Assembly (NCBI GenBank): GCA_918797485.1
Contig: CAKKNE010000001.1
Location: 2,046,001 to 2,110,000 of the forward strand
DNA length: 64,000 nt
Direction: 5' to 3'
From: Pelagomonas calceolata
Taxonomy: Eukaryota
The notes under the pieces are model-generated. The model made no database searches, was not told the origin of the DNA, and worked only from the letters and a program-made list of their open reading frames with translations. Shown piece after piece: positions 1 through 12,400 of this stretch (position 1 is its first letter; every line of letters starts with the position of its first letter). The position numbers and the translations under genes were made by a program.

Positions 1-2644
1 AAATGGTTCTGACCCTCGCTCCAGAACCGCTCGTTGTACCTCGTGACCTCTCCGTGGCTCTTCCCAAACACGTCTTCGGAAACGCGCTCCAGGTCATCGC
101 GCCCATGCCTCGACAAAGCTCTCACGAACTGCTGGAAGTGGCCCCGGTGCCAGTCCGGAAAACCTTGAGACAATAAGTGTTCCTTCTCTTCGGCGTCGTC
201 CGCGTCCAACAGGACCAACGTAGCTAGCGCGTCGTCGTCTCTTAACAGGGCCCGCTTCTTCTCGGGCGTGTCTGTTAACGCTAAGAACCGACGTCTCTCG
301 ACGTCGCGCAGCTGTTTCAAGCGTTCTTGACCCGGAAATAATTGAAAGTCAGCTAAGGAAGGCATCCGCAGCACCTCGGGCATATCAGAGTCGTCATATT
401 CTGGTTCTACGGCTTTGGAAGAACGTTTCCTAGCAGGCTCGCCTAGTAACTCCCCGACCTCGTTCTCGGCCGCATATATATCCGCTTTGTACGTCTGCTT
501 TCGCTCCCGTTTGCCCGTATCTAGGAGGAAGGGCGTCACTCTTTTCGACGCATAATCAGTACCTTCCCACACCGTACTCACGCCCCCGTCCAGCTTGAAA
601 TCCAGCAGGTCGCCCTTCGACGCCTCCTCCAACCGTTTATTTATATCGTCGGTACGTTTCCTACCTCGTTCGATGATCGCGTCGATGTCCTCATCGCGCA
701 GCTCGTCGTTCGCGCGGAAGACCTTGTCCGCGCCGAAGCGGACAGCTTTCAGTAATTCCGCCGTCTGGAGTTTTTTGGAAGCGTCTTGCAATCGACCTGA
801 TTGCACGACGACCGCGTCCAACTTCAATTTTTGGTGGGCCCGCTCGATAATTTTCTCCTCTACCGTTTGTTCAGTAACGAGTCGATACACATGAACGGGC
901 TTCGTCTGGCCGATGCGGTGGCACCGGTCCATGGCCTGCAGGTCGGCCTGGGGGTTCCAGTCCGAGTCGTACAATACTACCGTATCTGCTGTTTGTAAGT
1001 TAATACCGAGACCGCCCGCCCGCGTACTGAGGAGGAAGCAATATAGAGGCGAAGAAGGCGCGTTGTACTGCTCGATGCGCTCCTCCCGCAGTTCGTGGGG
1101 CGTGGACCCGTCGACGCGGACGTAGCGGTGGCCCCTGCGCGGGACGCGTGGTCTCACGACGACGCCATCGACGCGAAATGAAGACGCCGCATCCATACCG
1201 CATCACCAGGAAGTCCTCCAAGACATCTAACATGCGCGTCATCTGCGAAAAAACAAGGACCCTATGATTTCTCTCTTTCAACCGAGCGAGTAGTTTATCC
1301 AGGACTTTCAACTTCCCACAAGCATCAACCAAGTGTTCCCCCAGAGCCGGTAGCGTCCGATCCTCCACGTGGGGAAAGAGGTAGGGGTGGTTGCAGCATT
1401 TCCGGAGCTGCATGACCAGATTCAGCAACGGCCCGCGCGCTTTCTGCGCAGCCGACCCTTGCACCGTCGAGATCTCCCTCAATAAGCACTGCTTGTAGAC
1501 GTCCCGTTGAATAGGTGCCAATGCAGTAAACAATATAGTTTCCGTCTTTCGAGGCAAATCTTTCTCCACATCTGCCTTGAGTCTCCTAATCATGAACGGC
1601 CTTAGCAATCGATGCAACTGCTCCACCAACATCTGGGTCTTGTCCCGATCCGACGACTGCAAGTTAAACAGCTCGTCAAATCTCTCTGCCGAGGCAAACA
1701 CATCGGGCAGTAGGAAATTCAACAACGCCCAGAGCTCGTGGAGGTTGTTCTGGAGCGGCGTGCCCGTCACGAGTAGTCTATTCTCCGTCTTGAGTAGTCT
1801 GACAGTCTTCGAGAGCTGCGCCCGCTCGTTCTTGATGCGGTGCGCTTCATCGATGATGAGGAAGCGCCAGGGCACCTTCTTGAGGGCGTTGACCTGCGTC
1901 GCGGCGGCGCGGTCGCGTGACGACGCCATCGACGCGAGACGCGTAGGTGCTCTCGCGAGACGCGTCGACGCCACCGCCGCGACGGCGTGTTTTCGACGCA
2001 GCAACACGGACCTCGATCGTCGCCACTTCATAAGTCGTGAGACACACGTCCCAGGTCCGCTTGCCGGAGAAGTGCTCCTGCACCAATGCTGTACGCTCAT
2101 CCTTGGTAGTAGCATGCAGCTTCAAAACTTTGAGAGATGGCAGCCACCTCGCGAACTCGTTCTGCCAGCCCGATAATGTGGTCTTCGGCACCAGGACTAG
2201 GTGCGGACCCTTCACAGATGAATACTCCTCCAGATAACCGAGCATCGATATCGACTGTAGCGTCTTGCCCAGACCCATCTCGTCGGCCAGGATGCCGTTC
2301 AAGCCGTTATGGCGCAGCCGGATCATCCAGTTCAGACCCGCCAACTGATAGGGCCGCATCGTGCCTTGAATGACCGACGGCTGTTTGGTCAAAAACTCTA
2401 CAGTATCCGGTTCGTCGGTGATCTTCTCGTCCACCGAATTCTTTCGTCGCTTGTCGCCGACGTTCAGGGGTTCGACGCGCAACGAAGGTTCTTCCACTGG
2501 TCGTTCGAAGAAGCCGTCGCGAAAAAAGTCTCCCAGGCCCGACTGCTGCATGAGGTACTTGAATCTTCGGCCGGCCGCTTGCTGGTTCGCGAGCTGCAGT
2601 TTCGCGTGCGCGTCTCTCCTGCTTTCGGCGGCGCCGCGCGTCAT
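1..2644 (-). CDS. ISWI: ISWI/SNF2-family chromatin-remodelling ATPase; 3' end runs off the window; introns 1135-1198 and 1894-2011
   Basis: Motifs GILADEMGLGKTLQ, IIDEAHRIKN, TGTPLQNNLHELW, QLRKCCNHPYLF, FSQMTRMLD and WNPQADLQAMDRCHRIGQ; SANT-like segment near the window start. Removing the two GT-AG introns joins the frames. Confidence 0.93.
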
Positions 2645-3119
2645 GGTGGCTCGTCGCTCGTGTTTTTCGTTGTGGGTGCGTGTGCAGCGCTATCAAGGTA
2701 ACCACGTGCGCTGCGGCTGCGGCGCGGTTTCCGGGTCGCGCTGCGCTTTCAAAGTACGCGCGCGTCGCGAGCGGCGCGGTTTCGCAGGGGTGCTCTCCCT
2801 GGTCTTCTGCTGCTCTGCTGCGGTTGCACCGCACGGCGCAAAAGCAGCGCTCTTTTTTCTAGGTCGCAGTGCTTCGATTTATGCGACGCGCGCCTTTCGC
2901 CGACGATCGATGCCGCTTTTTGGAGTGCCTCTATGGCCGCCCCATCGTCGAGCAGAGGAGAGGCGCCGCCCGAGTGACGCCTCCGCGACGCGTAGCACGC
3001 GCTACGGACCCGTAGTCTACTACTGTATACTTGTAGAAGGGCGGGACTTTAGTGTGAGCTCGCCCGCGGGCCGCGCGCCCGGACGGTATAATCGAGTGAA
3101 TTCGTTGTTAGGCGTCGCG

Positions 3120-3990
3120 TTCAGAAGAAGAGGATCGGGAGCTTGTGCCGCGGCGGCGTGGCCCTGCCGCGCTTGATCTTCGTCTTCGTCGTCGGCGACA
3201 GGTCGCCTTCGTCGATCCCTTCCTCGAAGTCGAAGCCCTCGACCCCGTCCGGCGTGGCCCCGACCGTCTCGCCCTCCTCGACCTGCGCGCGACGGTCGGG
3301 GCCATCGACCTCTCTACTGCGCCGGGCCGACGGCCGCCTTGACCGCGTCCGTCGTCGCGACGCCGCCCTCGGCGACCTTGCCCTTGGTCAGTTCGGCGGC
3401 CTCGTCGACGACGTCCAGCGACACGGGCGGCGCGTCCACTCCCAACTTCTCGGAGACGGCGTCGACCTGCTCCTTGGCCTCCGTCTTCGCGGAGGCGGCG
3501 GCCTCGTCGACCTTCGTGGCCGCCGCTGCTTCGGCTTTGTCCGTGGCGACCTCGACCTTCTCGATGACGGCCTCCTTCGTCGACGCCGGCGCCGGCGCGG
3601 CCGCGGCCTCCGTCGTGGGCGCGCGGCCCTTGGCGTCGGCGGCGGCCGCCTTGTCGGCCTTCGGCACCGCGTCAGCCTTCTTCTTGCCGGAGAACCTGTG
3701 TGCGCATCGAGGAAATGACGCGCGCTTAGTACGCCGAATAATTCTTCACGCCGCGAGTCACGCTCCAGACATGCCCGTCAGCTTCGCGGCCGCCTTGCGG
3801 ACGGACTTGGCGCGCGACATCGGCGGCGGCTTGGACTCGGGCGTCGCCACGGTGCGGGCCTCGGCGGGCGGCGCGACGGCCTCGGTGGCGCGGTCCTCGC
3901 CCGACTTCGTGATCGACGAGAGCCAGCTGCGCGCCTTGGCCTTGGTCTCGGACGAGGCCGATAGGCTAAACAGGATTGTGAGATCTAAGT
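3120..3990 (-). CDS. Ala/Glu/Lys-rich low-complexity hypothetical protein, probably 2 introns; boundaries approximate
   Basis: Codon-biased frames 3758-3960, 3337-3696 and 3120-3282 separated by CAG acceptor-like sites; no family recognised. Confidence 0.45.
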
Positions 3991-4325
3991 TATTTTCACA
4001 CCGAGCGCTTCTTGATGTGCGTTCGCGATATATCTTTACGCCTTGTCGGGAGTGCCTCTCTAACACACGAGACCCGTGGCCCGCGAAGGCACTGCAGTCT
4101 CGCTTGCATAATCCCGGCGTAGGCTAGCGGACTGTAACACACTAGGGAGGCCACACAAAAGACAAAACCGGCAGCCCATACAAGCTCGTACAGCTGCCAG
4201 GCAGCGTGTCGACCGCACGCACGCCTTCGACGCGCGCCGGAGCCCCTGCGACGCGCCCGTCCACTCGTACGTACGAGAGTGGCCAGCACCACATAGAGCT
4301 ACCATAACAAAAGGGCAGCGCACCA

Positions 4326-5564
4326 ATGGCCGAATTCGCCGAGAAGACGCACACCGATGTGTCTTTGTGGGACGCGCTGGAGTTAAGAGAACCGATGGAG
4401 GGCTTATCGAAAGGCGCGCACGGCTACGTCGTGGGCTGGACGGGCAGCGCCTACGAATTAAAAATAAACAATAGAACGTACGAAGTGCTGCCGCACCAGG
4501 CGAAGCACCGTGAGCGTCCGGCATTAGATGGTGCGGATGAGGAAATAAAGAAGGACTTCGGGACGTGTCCTCTATGCGACAATGAAAAGACGATGACGGT
4601 CGCGGACCCGTACTACGCGTGCTGCGGCGGCCAGATCTGCGAGAGGTGTGCCGATTTACTCGATCTGCACCGGTTATCCAAGCGGAAGTGCCCGTTGTGC
4701 GGCAAGGGCGTCGAGGGGCCCTCTCGCGACTCGTCGACCGAGGCCCACGCGGTGGTATGTAGAAGACGCGCAAAAAAAGGAGACGCGCGGGCGCACTTCG
4801 CGCTCGCGGCCATGGAGGCCGTGCTGTCGGAGGAGGAGCAGGCGCGCCATTTGTTGTTATTGGTGGACGAGGGGTTTGCGGAGGTTTGCGGCGGCGTCCT
4901 CCAATCGACGCGTCGCGGCGATGGCGTCTACGCCGGCAGCACGCCATCGACGCGACCGCCCGCGCAGGCCCAGTACATCTACGGCAGTGCCTGCATCGAC
5001 CACGGGTTTGTGAGCGATGGGTTAAGATGGTGGATTCTGGCCGAGCAGCGGGGCCACGCCCAGGCGTCACTACGGCTGAGCGAGCAGCACTTCGAGAACG
5101 CCCCACCGGAAGTCCTGGGCGAGCCGTCGTCCTTCGCGCGGGGTTTGGATTATCTGCACGACGCGTGCGTGCGTGGTAGTTCGGAGGCGGCCTTTTCCCT
5201 CGGCGTGCTGTACTACGGAGGCCGGGCGCCGCATCTCGATGCGGACCCGGAGGTGGGCACGGCGTTTTATCGAAGTGCCGCGGAGTTAGATCATGCGAGA
5301 GGGTGTTTGGCTTTGGCGGACGCCATTTCCCAAGCCGACGGCGACGCGGCGGAAGCGGAGAAGTGGCTGCACCGCGCGGCGTGGCTCGGCGACGAGGACG
5401 CGGTCCGCGTCTGCAAGGAGGCGGGCTACGCGCCGGAGCCGCCCCATCCCTCCATTTGTGCCGAGCGGGAAAGCTTGAGGCAGCGCCTCTCGACGCTCGC
5501 CGTCGCGGCGGGGCGGGCGCCCGTCGTGTCGCCGAAGAAGGGGCTGAAGAAGAACTTCGTCTAG
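4326..5564 (+). CDS. RING-like zinc finger plus Sel1-repeat protein; in-frame 84-bp intron 4884-4967
   Basis: CPLC..CCGGQICERC..CPLC and Sel1-like repeats (AAFSLGVLYYGG, AEKWLHRAA). The GT..CAG segment carries the CGCCATCGACGCG intron motif. Confidence 0.75.
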   Translation: MAEFAEKTHTDVSLWDALELREPMEGLSKGAHGYVVGWTGSAYELKINNRTYEVLPHQAKHRERPALDGADEEIKKDFGTCPLCDNEKTMTVADPYYACCGGQICERCADLLDLHRLSKRKCPLCGKGVEGPSRDSSTEAHAVVCRRRAKKGDARAHFALAAMEAVLSEEEQARHLLLLVDEGFAEVCGGVLQSTRRGDGVYAGSTPSTRPPAQAQYIYGSACIDHGFVSDGLRWWILAEQRGHAQASLRLSEQHFENAPPEVLGEPSSFARGLDYLHDACVRGSSEAAFSLGVLYYGGRAPHLDADPEVGTAFYRSAAELDHARGCLALADAISQADGDAAEAEKWLHRAAWLGDEDAVRVCKEAGYAPEPPHPSICAERESLRQRLSTLAVAAGRAPVVSPKKGLKKNFV

Positions 5565-5795
5565 GCGTCGCCTCGACGGCGTAAATTGTGTCTTATTTTT
5601 CGTTTATGTCCTCGAGGATCCTCCCATCCCCAAAAAATCGGGTTTTGCAAGCCGAAATAATGCGAGGCAGAAGCCGCACGCTCGAGTTGCGGATCTATTG
5701 GCCGCGTTTCGGAAGTCTTCACTGTCGCCTGGTCCAGCTGTCGCGTAGAACCACAGGAATTCGGTTCTGAGCCGAGAATAGAGCCTGGTCAAAAA

Positions 5796-6991
5796 TCAGT
5801 GTAGATCACAATGTCCGCGCGCGGCGGCAAGAAGAAAGGGAAGGCGAAGAAGAAGACGCCCCCCTGGAGATGCAACTGGTGTCCACGGACCGACGGCAAG
5901 CACTGCCGAGGCCCGGGCGGCCCGAAGACGCTCTGCGGCACGTGCCACACGCGTTGGAGAAGAGGCGAGACCGGCCCGCGCTCGGACGACTGGTCTTGTG
6001 GCTGGTGCGGCGTCCAGGAGACGCCAAGGCGGTGCAAGGGTCCGAAGGGACCAGCTACGCTCTGCGAGGTGTGCCATGGGCACCACAACAAAGCGAGGGC
6101 ACGTGCCATAATCAGAACGCGTCGGGTAGGGCGTCGTCGGCTTCTTCGTCGGTTTTGCCGTCGGTGCCACGCAGACGTTCGGGCATCCATCACGATCATA
6201 GTAGTAGGTGGAGGTGACGCGATACACGCCGCCACCAGCACAATTCATGGGCTTGCTGTGCGGAAATAAACCAGTGAGTCCGACGCCATCGAGCAGACGC
6301 AATCACTGAGCCAAGATCACGTCAGTTGGGATTGATTTCTACGCAGCGCGCGACCAGCCGAACTCGCACTCGTGGCCCACGCAGTCCGTCGCGGCGGGGT
6401 TGCCCGGGAGGCACGTCTTCAGCGGCGCGAGGGCCGGGCACTTGTCGTTGCGCGCCGGGCAGGGCGGGCACTGGAGGCGCGGTAATTCCAGAGCGGACTC
6501 GACGAGGTAGATGGACTTGGCGTCGCCTGCGCGTGGCGTCGGTCTCGTCTCGCGCGCTCGGACGCGGCGCGATGGCGTGGCGGTCGACGCCATCGCGGTA
6601 AGCTCGACGCGTCGCGGCGACGGCGTCGGAGCGGGCCTCTCGCGGACGCCGTCGACGCGAACTCGGCGCGGGGTCGAGCCGGGCGGTTTCGCGGAGTAAA
6701 CGAAGACGCAGCGGCCGCGCAGTTGTGGTGGCCGCTCCCCTTGTCCTCGCTTCCGCAGTACAGCTGGGTCTCAGCTCTACAGTGCATTCCCTTGCAGAGG
6801 CAGGCGTCCGAGCAGACCGGCAGAGCATCAAAGTCTTTGACGTCGGTGCAGTCGTCTTTTTTAATCTTTGTGAGGACGGGGCATTCCGCGAAGTCCTGGA
6901 GCCCGCGGGCGGCCGGGCGCAGTCCTACGGCCGTCTTGAACGGAGGCGACGTCGCCGCCGCCGCGACGAGGGCGGTTATGTGTAGAAGCAT
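5796..6991 (-). CDS. Secreted Cys-rich protein with PT-rich linker; 2 or more introns; 3' end uncertain
   Basis: Signal peptide MLLHITALVAAAA; exons near 6991-6718, 6526-6360 and 6254 onward; PTAKPTKKPTTP motif shared with the gene at 15193. Confidence 0.6.
5811..6269 (+). CDS. Protein with two GATA-like zinc fingers
   Basis: CNWC..RGPGGPKTLCGTC and CGWC..TPRRCKGPKGPATLCEVC. The 3' part overlaps the convergent gene. Confidence 0.65.
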   Translation: MSARGGKKKGKAKKKTPPWRCNWCPRTDGKHCRGPGGPKTLCGTCHTRWRRGETGPRSDDWSCGWCGVQETPRRCKGPKGPATLCEVCHGHHNKARARAIIRTRRVGRRRLLRRFCRRCHADVRASITIIVVGGGDAIHAATSTIHGLAVRK

Positions 6992-7363
6992 ATCAAAATT
7001 GCTCCGCGCTCGCGCGTTCCTGCGCCTCGCTCGCGGCGCGGCGATTCGTGTCGATCCGTGTGGTCCTAGAGCGCGCCCTCGCCCTGCAGGGACGAGCTTT
7101 TGCGGCTACGTAGCTGGCCCAGTTTCAGGCAAAATTAATTGTAAAACCCGTGTGTACAAAAAGCCATCCGACCGGAACGCGGACGCCTCTCCTCCCCGTC
7201 CAGCATCTTCGCGCGCGCTTCTGAGCACTCTCCTGAAGGCTAGTGCGGAGGCCTTGCTGTACAGCCAAAGCAGAGGAAGCGGAGCCAAATCGCCAGCGGA
7301 GGCCGAAATAATGCAAGCGAGAAGATGTGCCCCGCTCCGCCTATAGCTCCTGTAACAGAGAAG

Positions 7364-9934
7364 ATGTCTGCACCGTCCACAAAAGCTTTGAACGCGCGCT
7401 GCCAGCGCCCATCGCCTTATTCAAATTAGTGTCAATCGCAAGCGCTGGCGGCCACGGGCCGGCGACGCGCGCGCGGCCGTCGCATCGCTGCCCCCGCTGC
7501 GCAAAACGCGCGCGCTCGCACGATCTTGAGTGTGACACACTCGAAACGCCCGCGCGACTCGGCACGCTGGGCGAAGAAACGGGGCTAAGCAACGCGCGCG
7601 CGCCAAACTCAAAACCACGCAGGCCTCCGCCAGCGCCTTCGTGCCCAACGCCGCGGCCCCGGCCTTCGTGCCGAGCTTCGCGCTGCCGCCCGCGCCGCCC
7701 GCCGCGCCGAGCTCGCCCGCGAAGAGCCCGCCGACGAGCGTGCCCTCGTCGCCCAAACTCACGGCGACGGCCAAAGAATTCAAGCCCTGCTCGCCGATCG
7801 CGACCAAAAGGGAGCCGCCGGCCATCCCCGCGTCGCCGCCGCGACGGATACGATCGGCCCATACGGGCGTCCCGAAGCATAGCATTGATGATCTACTCAA
7901 ACTCGAGAGCGACTGCGGCTCCTGCTCGGAAGAGGTCAAGAGAAAGCTCGGCGTCTTTGGAGGCTACCGATACGAGAGATCCGGCGCCGGTGGCGGTTCT
8001 TCTGGAGCTGGCTTTGGGAGCCGAGACTTCGCGCAAGCGCGACGCGACACCAGCAAGCCGGGCTTCCCCTCGCATAGAAGTGACTCATCACTACGCGATA
8101 GAACAGCCATGGGCCGGTCCCACTCGTCGACGGGCCAGCTCCGCGACCGATCCCCGATCCGACCGAAGAAGCGACCTCCCAAGGAGTACGTCAAGCCCGA
8201 CTGGGCGAAGAAGGGCGACGACGACGGCGACGCCGCTTTATCCAAGAAGGCCAATTCGATACTGAACAAGCTGACGCTCGAGAAATTCGACCGCCTGTCG
8301 ACGGAATTCTGCGCGCTCGAGTTCTCGACCCTGGAGCGCGTCGCCGGCGCCGTGGACCTCATCGTGACGAAGGCCCAAACGGAGTCCCACTTCGTATCAG
8401 TATATGCATCATTATGTGTCAAACTCGCGAACACCCCCAATGAGGCATTGGGCGAAGACGAAGGGTCCACGAAAAAGTTTCGGCGGCTGCTGCTGGAGCG
8501 GTGCCAGGCGGAATTTGAACGCGACCATAGTCAGACCATCGCCGAGTTGGAATCGCTAGATGAGGAATCTAGAGAGAGGAAGCTTGCGAAGATCCGCAAA
8601 CAATACATCGGCCACATGTTTTTCATTGGCGCACTCTACAAGCAAGGTTTACTGAAGGAGAACATCATGCACCACTGCGTCCAGGAGCTCTTCGGCGACC
8701 CGTCGGAGCCGGATAGCGAGAAGCTCGAGTGTCTGGCTAAATTACTTACTTCGATCGGGAAAAAATTAGATGCGGCAGCCTTGGACAAGAAAGAATCCGC
8801 AAAATTCATGAAGGCCTACTTCAAGCAGCTCAAGAAGCTCGAGAATAATAAATCGCTAGATGCGCGGTTGCGCTTCGCGCTGAAAGATCTTCGCGAATTG
8901 AGAGAAAACACGTGGGTGCCGCGCCGCAAAGTCGAGGAGGCCAAGACCATCCAGGAGATCCACGACGACATCCAGGTCCGTGTACGGCGTCCTTCACGAG
9001 ACTGCGCCGCCGCGATGGCGTCTTCACGAGCCCACGCCGCCTCGACGCCGTCGACACGACACCGCGTCGCTGCAACGCCGCCGGCGCGCCGCCACGCCGC
9101 CGTCGACGCGACCGCGCGAGAGTCTACGGGCGCGTGAATGTACACCGTCGTTCGACACAGGCCGAGGAGGACAAAAAAGCCGGCCGCAAGCCCACGCGCG
9201 TCAAGCGCGACCGCTCCGCGAACAACCTCACGATTATCAGTGATGACGGCTGGGAGACCGTGCCCACGACTACGGCTTCCGTGCGACGATCGTCGTCGCG
9301 AAAGGAGCGGTCCCAGTCCCCCGCAAACGTACCTACTGACGTGAACATGGGCGGCTTCGGTGCCCTATTGGGTGGAGACAAGAAGAAGAAGGACAAGGAC
9401 AAGAAGAAGAAGAAGAAAAGTCGTTCCAAAGATTCTCTTACTGATCTCGAGGAAGTTACGTCTATACCGTTCGACGAGGATAAGTACCGGGGCAAGTGCA
9501 AGGCGGCCGTGGCCGAGTATTTCTCCATCGAAGTGGTTGATGAGGTCGTGGCCTGCGCTCGCGAGGAATTGGCTGGACTTGGGGAGCCGTCTAGATTATC
9601 ATTGTTGGCGTCGGCGGCGTTGGACGTCGTGCTCGACGGCAAGCAAAAGGACCGGGAGCGCGTGCCCCAATTGTTACTGGCTCTATCGGAGAAGGACGTC
9701 CTGACGCCGGCGCACTTCTCGACTGCATTCTTAGAAGCACTTGCGATCCTGCCCGACATCACGATCGATGCCCCGAAGGCGCCGCAGTGGCTGGGGGATG
9801 TCCTGAAGGCGCTCGTCGAGAAGGAGGCCTGTTCCTTGGCCTTCTTGGAGGGCGGGGCCCCGGCGGCTTTGACCGAATTAGGTGAGGAGGGGACGGAGTG
9901 CTGGTCGAAGTTCAAGGACTACGTCGCGTCCTGA
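7364..9934 (+). CDS. eIF4G: Translation initiation factor eIF4G/eIFiso4G (PAM2-like motifs, MIF4G, MA3); introns 7394-7622 (GC-AG) and 8976-9160
   Basis: ILNKLTLEKFDRL, FRRLLLERCQAEFE, FIGALYK and LRFALKDLRELRENTWVPRR (MIF4G); DITIDAPKAP (MA3); splicing gives LNASASAFVP. Confidence 0.9.
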
Positions 9935-10039
9935 TCGCGGGCGGAGGCTCTAGTGTAAGGGTCGTCGTCCGTAGTTACTAGTCTTCGCGTCGACGGCGTC
10001 GAGACCGCTACCCCCACGCCGCCGCCGCGAATACAACAA

Positions 10040-10627
10040 TTAGTTAGGACACCGCACGGCCACGACGCGCGGCTTCGTCTTCTCCCTCCTCCTAAACAGG
10101 AACCGGTGCGCCGCCTTCATGGACGCGAGGACGCCCCGCTTCTTCTTTTGGACGGGCTCGCAGGCCGCCGTCGGGACGGAATGGCGCGATTCGGCCCGCG
10201 GCAGCTGCGCGTGGTGGAAGTCGTCCGCCGCGCCGGGCGGGATCTGTTCAACGTACTGCGGCGGCGCCGGCGGCAGCCGCGCGTGCCTCGCGTGCAATTC
10301 GGCCCCCGTGCGCCGGTGGCCCGTCGCCTGCTCCACCGCGTGCGCGACGCGGGCCCAGTCGATGTGCACTTCACCAATGACGTCGTCGCCGAGCGACGAC
10401 TGGACAGCAAGCTCCTCCGCGGCCACGGCGTCCGACAGGGCCTGATCATCCTCCCGCGTCCAGGGCCGCCGCGCCTGGACGTGGCCGCGGTTTGCCGGTT
10501 CGAGCGTGAAGGCCCACTGATGCCTAGACAAGGCGCGCCGCTCCATCTCGCGGCGGCGGCGGCGGGCGCCATTGTCGTACGACGCCCGATGCGCCGCGCG
10601 GCGCGCGCCCACGATGGCGCCGATCAT
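10040..10627 (-). CDS. Myb/SANT-like domain protein
   Basis: RRPWTREDDQALSDAV..IDWARVA..RRTGAELHARH. Confidence 0.6.
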   Translation of the reverse strand: MIGAIVGARRAAHRASYDNGARRRRREMERRALSRHQWAFTLEPANRGHVQARRPWTREDDQALSDAVAAEELAVQSSLGDDVIGEVHIDWARVAHAVEQATGHRRTGAELHARHARLPPAPPQYVEQIPPGAADDFHHAQLPRAESRHSVPTAACEPVQKKKRGVLASMKAAHRFLFRRREKTKPRVVAVRCPN

Positions 10628-11080
10628 CGCTGCGGCTCGCGTGGGCTGACTTGTCCAGTGCTCGTCGTGGGCGTTTAAGTGCTTGTCGTGGGCGCCCGGG
10701 GCCCTGGCTGGCTTGTCTGACTTGCTTGTCCTAGTGCCTGGAGGCTGCCCGGGGCGGCCTCGTTTCGTGCTGGGCGGCTTGGATGTGTAAGTGGGACACC
10801 GCACGCGGGTGCAGCCCCACGACAAGCTTGGTACTCCAGTCGTATGGCCGCGCAAGCTGGCGCTCATTACAATCCACACATGGAGAGCGCTTGATTGGAC
10901 TCGTCGTTAGCAGGACCGGGGAACGCTCGGACGACGTGCTTGGGGTCGGGACGCATATCTGAAAATACGCGCTAGTGTCTTACAGCGCTAGCTCACCGAT
11001 GTGTCCTCCACATAAAAAACGAGCACAGACGTGTATCATCAGCAGGAGTCGATAAGTGGCATCGTCTTGACGTCCTTGAA

Positions 11081-12349
11081 ATGTCCGAGAGCGCTGCCGC
11101 CGCGCCGACCGCTGCCGACGCAGCTGCAGCGCCGGCTGCAGCGCCTGCCGCCGCAGCGCAGGATTTGTACGCTGTTCTCGGCTGCGCCAAAGGCGACGAC
11201 GCACCGGTGATTACCAAGCGATACCGCAAGCTCGCCCTGAAATATCACCCGGACCGCAACCGCGGCGAGGGCCAAGAGGAAGCCGCGGAGAAGTTCCGCG
11301 CCGTCAGCGACGCCTACGCCGTTCTGAGTGATCCGAATAGAAGACGCCAGTACGACCTGCACGGTTCTACCACGGACGAGGCTTCAAACACGCACGCGTT
11401 CGAGAGCGTCGACGTCAAGTCGCAGTCGTGGGCGACGCGTTTTTTGCTCGCGCAAGTGTCGAAGATCGGCATACCGGTGCCCACTACTGTCGCGGCCGAC
11501 GTGCTGTCGACGGCGTGCGAGCTCTCCAGTGACATCGCGAGCGTGCCTCTCTTGATCCCGGGGGCGGCGCAGCGGGGCACGGTAAAGATCGGCAGCGCCG
11601 CGTTCTTCCGCGTGACGATATCAAACAGCATGCAGGAGCGGGGTTTGTTATTAGCAGCATCCTCGAAGCGGAGGAATGACAAATTCAGGATTCTAGTTTT
11701 CGATGGCAAAGGGAATATAAGAAGGCAGGCCGAATCCCTACAACCGGAAGACAAAAAGAGGCCGCCGCGCTGCCGCCTCTTCGTCGTGCCCGTGCCGACG
11801 CTATTAGTGGGCGCGCCGTTCCCGGCGGCGCAAGAGAATCTGCCCCCCGTCTGCGCCGCGCTCGACACGATGGAGGAGCGGGCCGCGATGGCGCCGCCCT
11901 TCGACGCGACCGGAGACGTCCTGGTGGCCTTCTACAGCGACAACCTGTTGTCGTCGCTCGAGTACACGCTGGCCTGCGCGCCGGCCGTGCTCGACGAAGG
12001 TAGATTGGAGGCGCTGGAAGCGAGCGCCGCGGGGTTGAGAGAGCGCAAGGAAGCATTACAGGCCTTCGGCGAGCGGTTTTCAACACAGTTCGACGACTAC
12101 GTGGCCAAGAAGGCCGCCCTGGACGAGGCCGAGGCGCGCCTGCGGGCCCTGCAGGACGAGGCGCGGACCCAGGCCGAGGAAAATTCCAAGGCTAGAAGCG
12201 TCCACGCGGACGCCGAGCGGGGCCTGCTGGACGCCGCGTTCGCGGAATGCGCCGCGCCGCCCGCGCCGCCGCCGCCTCCCAAAAAGAAGGGGTTCCTCGC
12301 GGCGTTCGCGCCGCCGCCGCCGAGCGGGGACACGCTGGAAGGGCTGTAG
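11081..12349 (+). CDS. DnaJ/Hsp40 J-domain protein with C-terminal coiled coil
   Basis: DLYAVLG..YRKLALKYHPDRN..AYAVLSDPNRRRQYD. Confidence 0.9.
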   Translation: MSESAAAAPTAADAAAAPAAAPAAAAQDLYAVLGCAKGDDAPVITKRYRKLALKYHPDRNRGEGQEEAAEKFRAVSDAYAVLSDPNRRRQYDLHGSTTDEASNTHAFESVDVKSQSWATRFLLAQVSKIGIPVPTTVAADVLSTACELSSDIASVPLLIPGAAQRGTVKIGSAAFFRVTISNSMQERGLLLAASSKRRNDKFRILVFDGKGNIRRQAESLQPEDKKRPPRCRLFVVPVPTLLVGAPFPAAQENLPPVCAALDTMEERAAMAPPFDATGDVLVAFYSDNLLSSLEYTLACAPAVLDEGRLEALEASAAGLRERKEALQAFGERFSTQFDDYVAKKAALDEAEARLRALQDEARTQAEENSKARSVHADAERGLLDAAFAECAAPPAPPPPPKKKGFLAAFAPPPPSGDTLEGL

Positions 12350-12400
12350 TTAGTTGTGTATCTTGTATCTTACAACAAACAAACAACGACAGGAGCTGCG

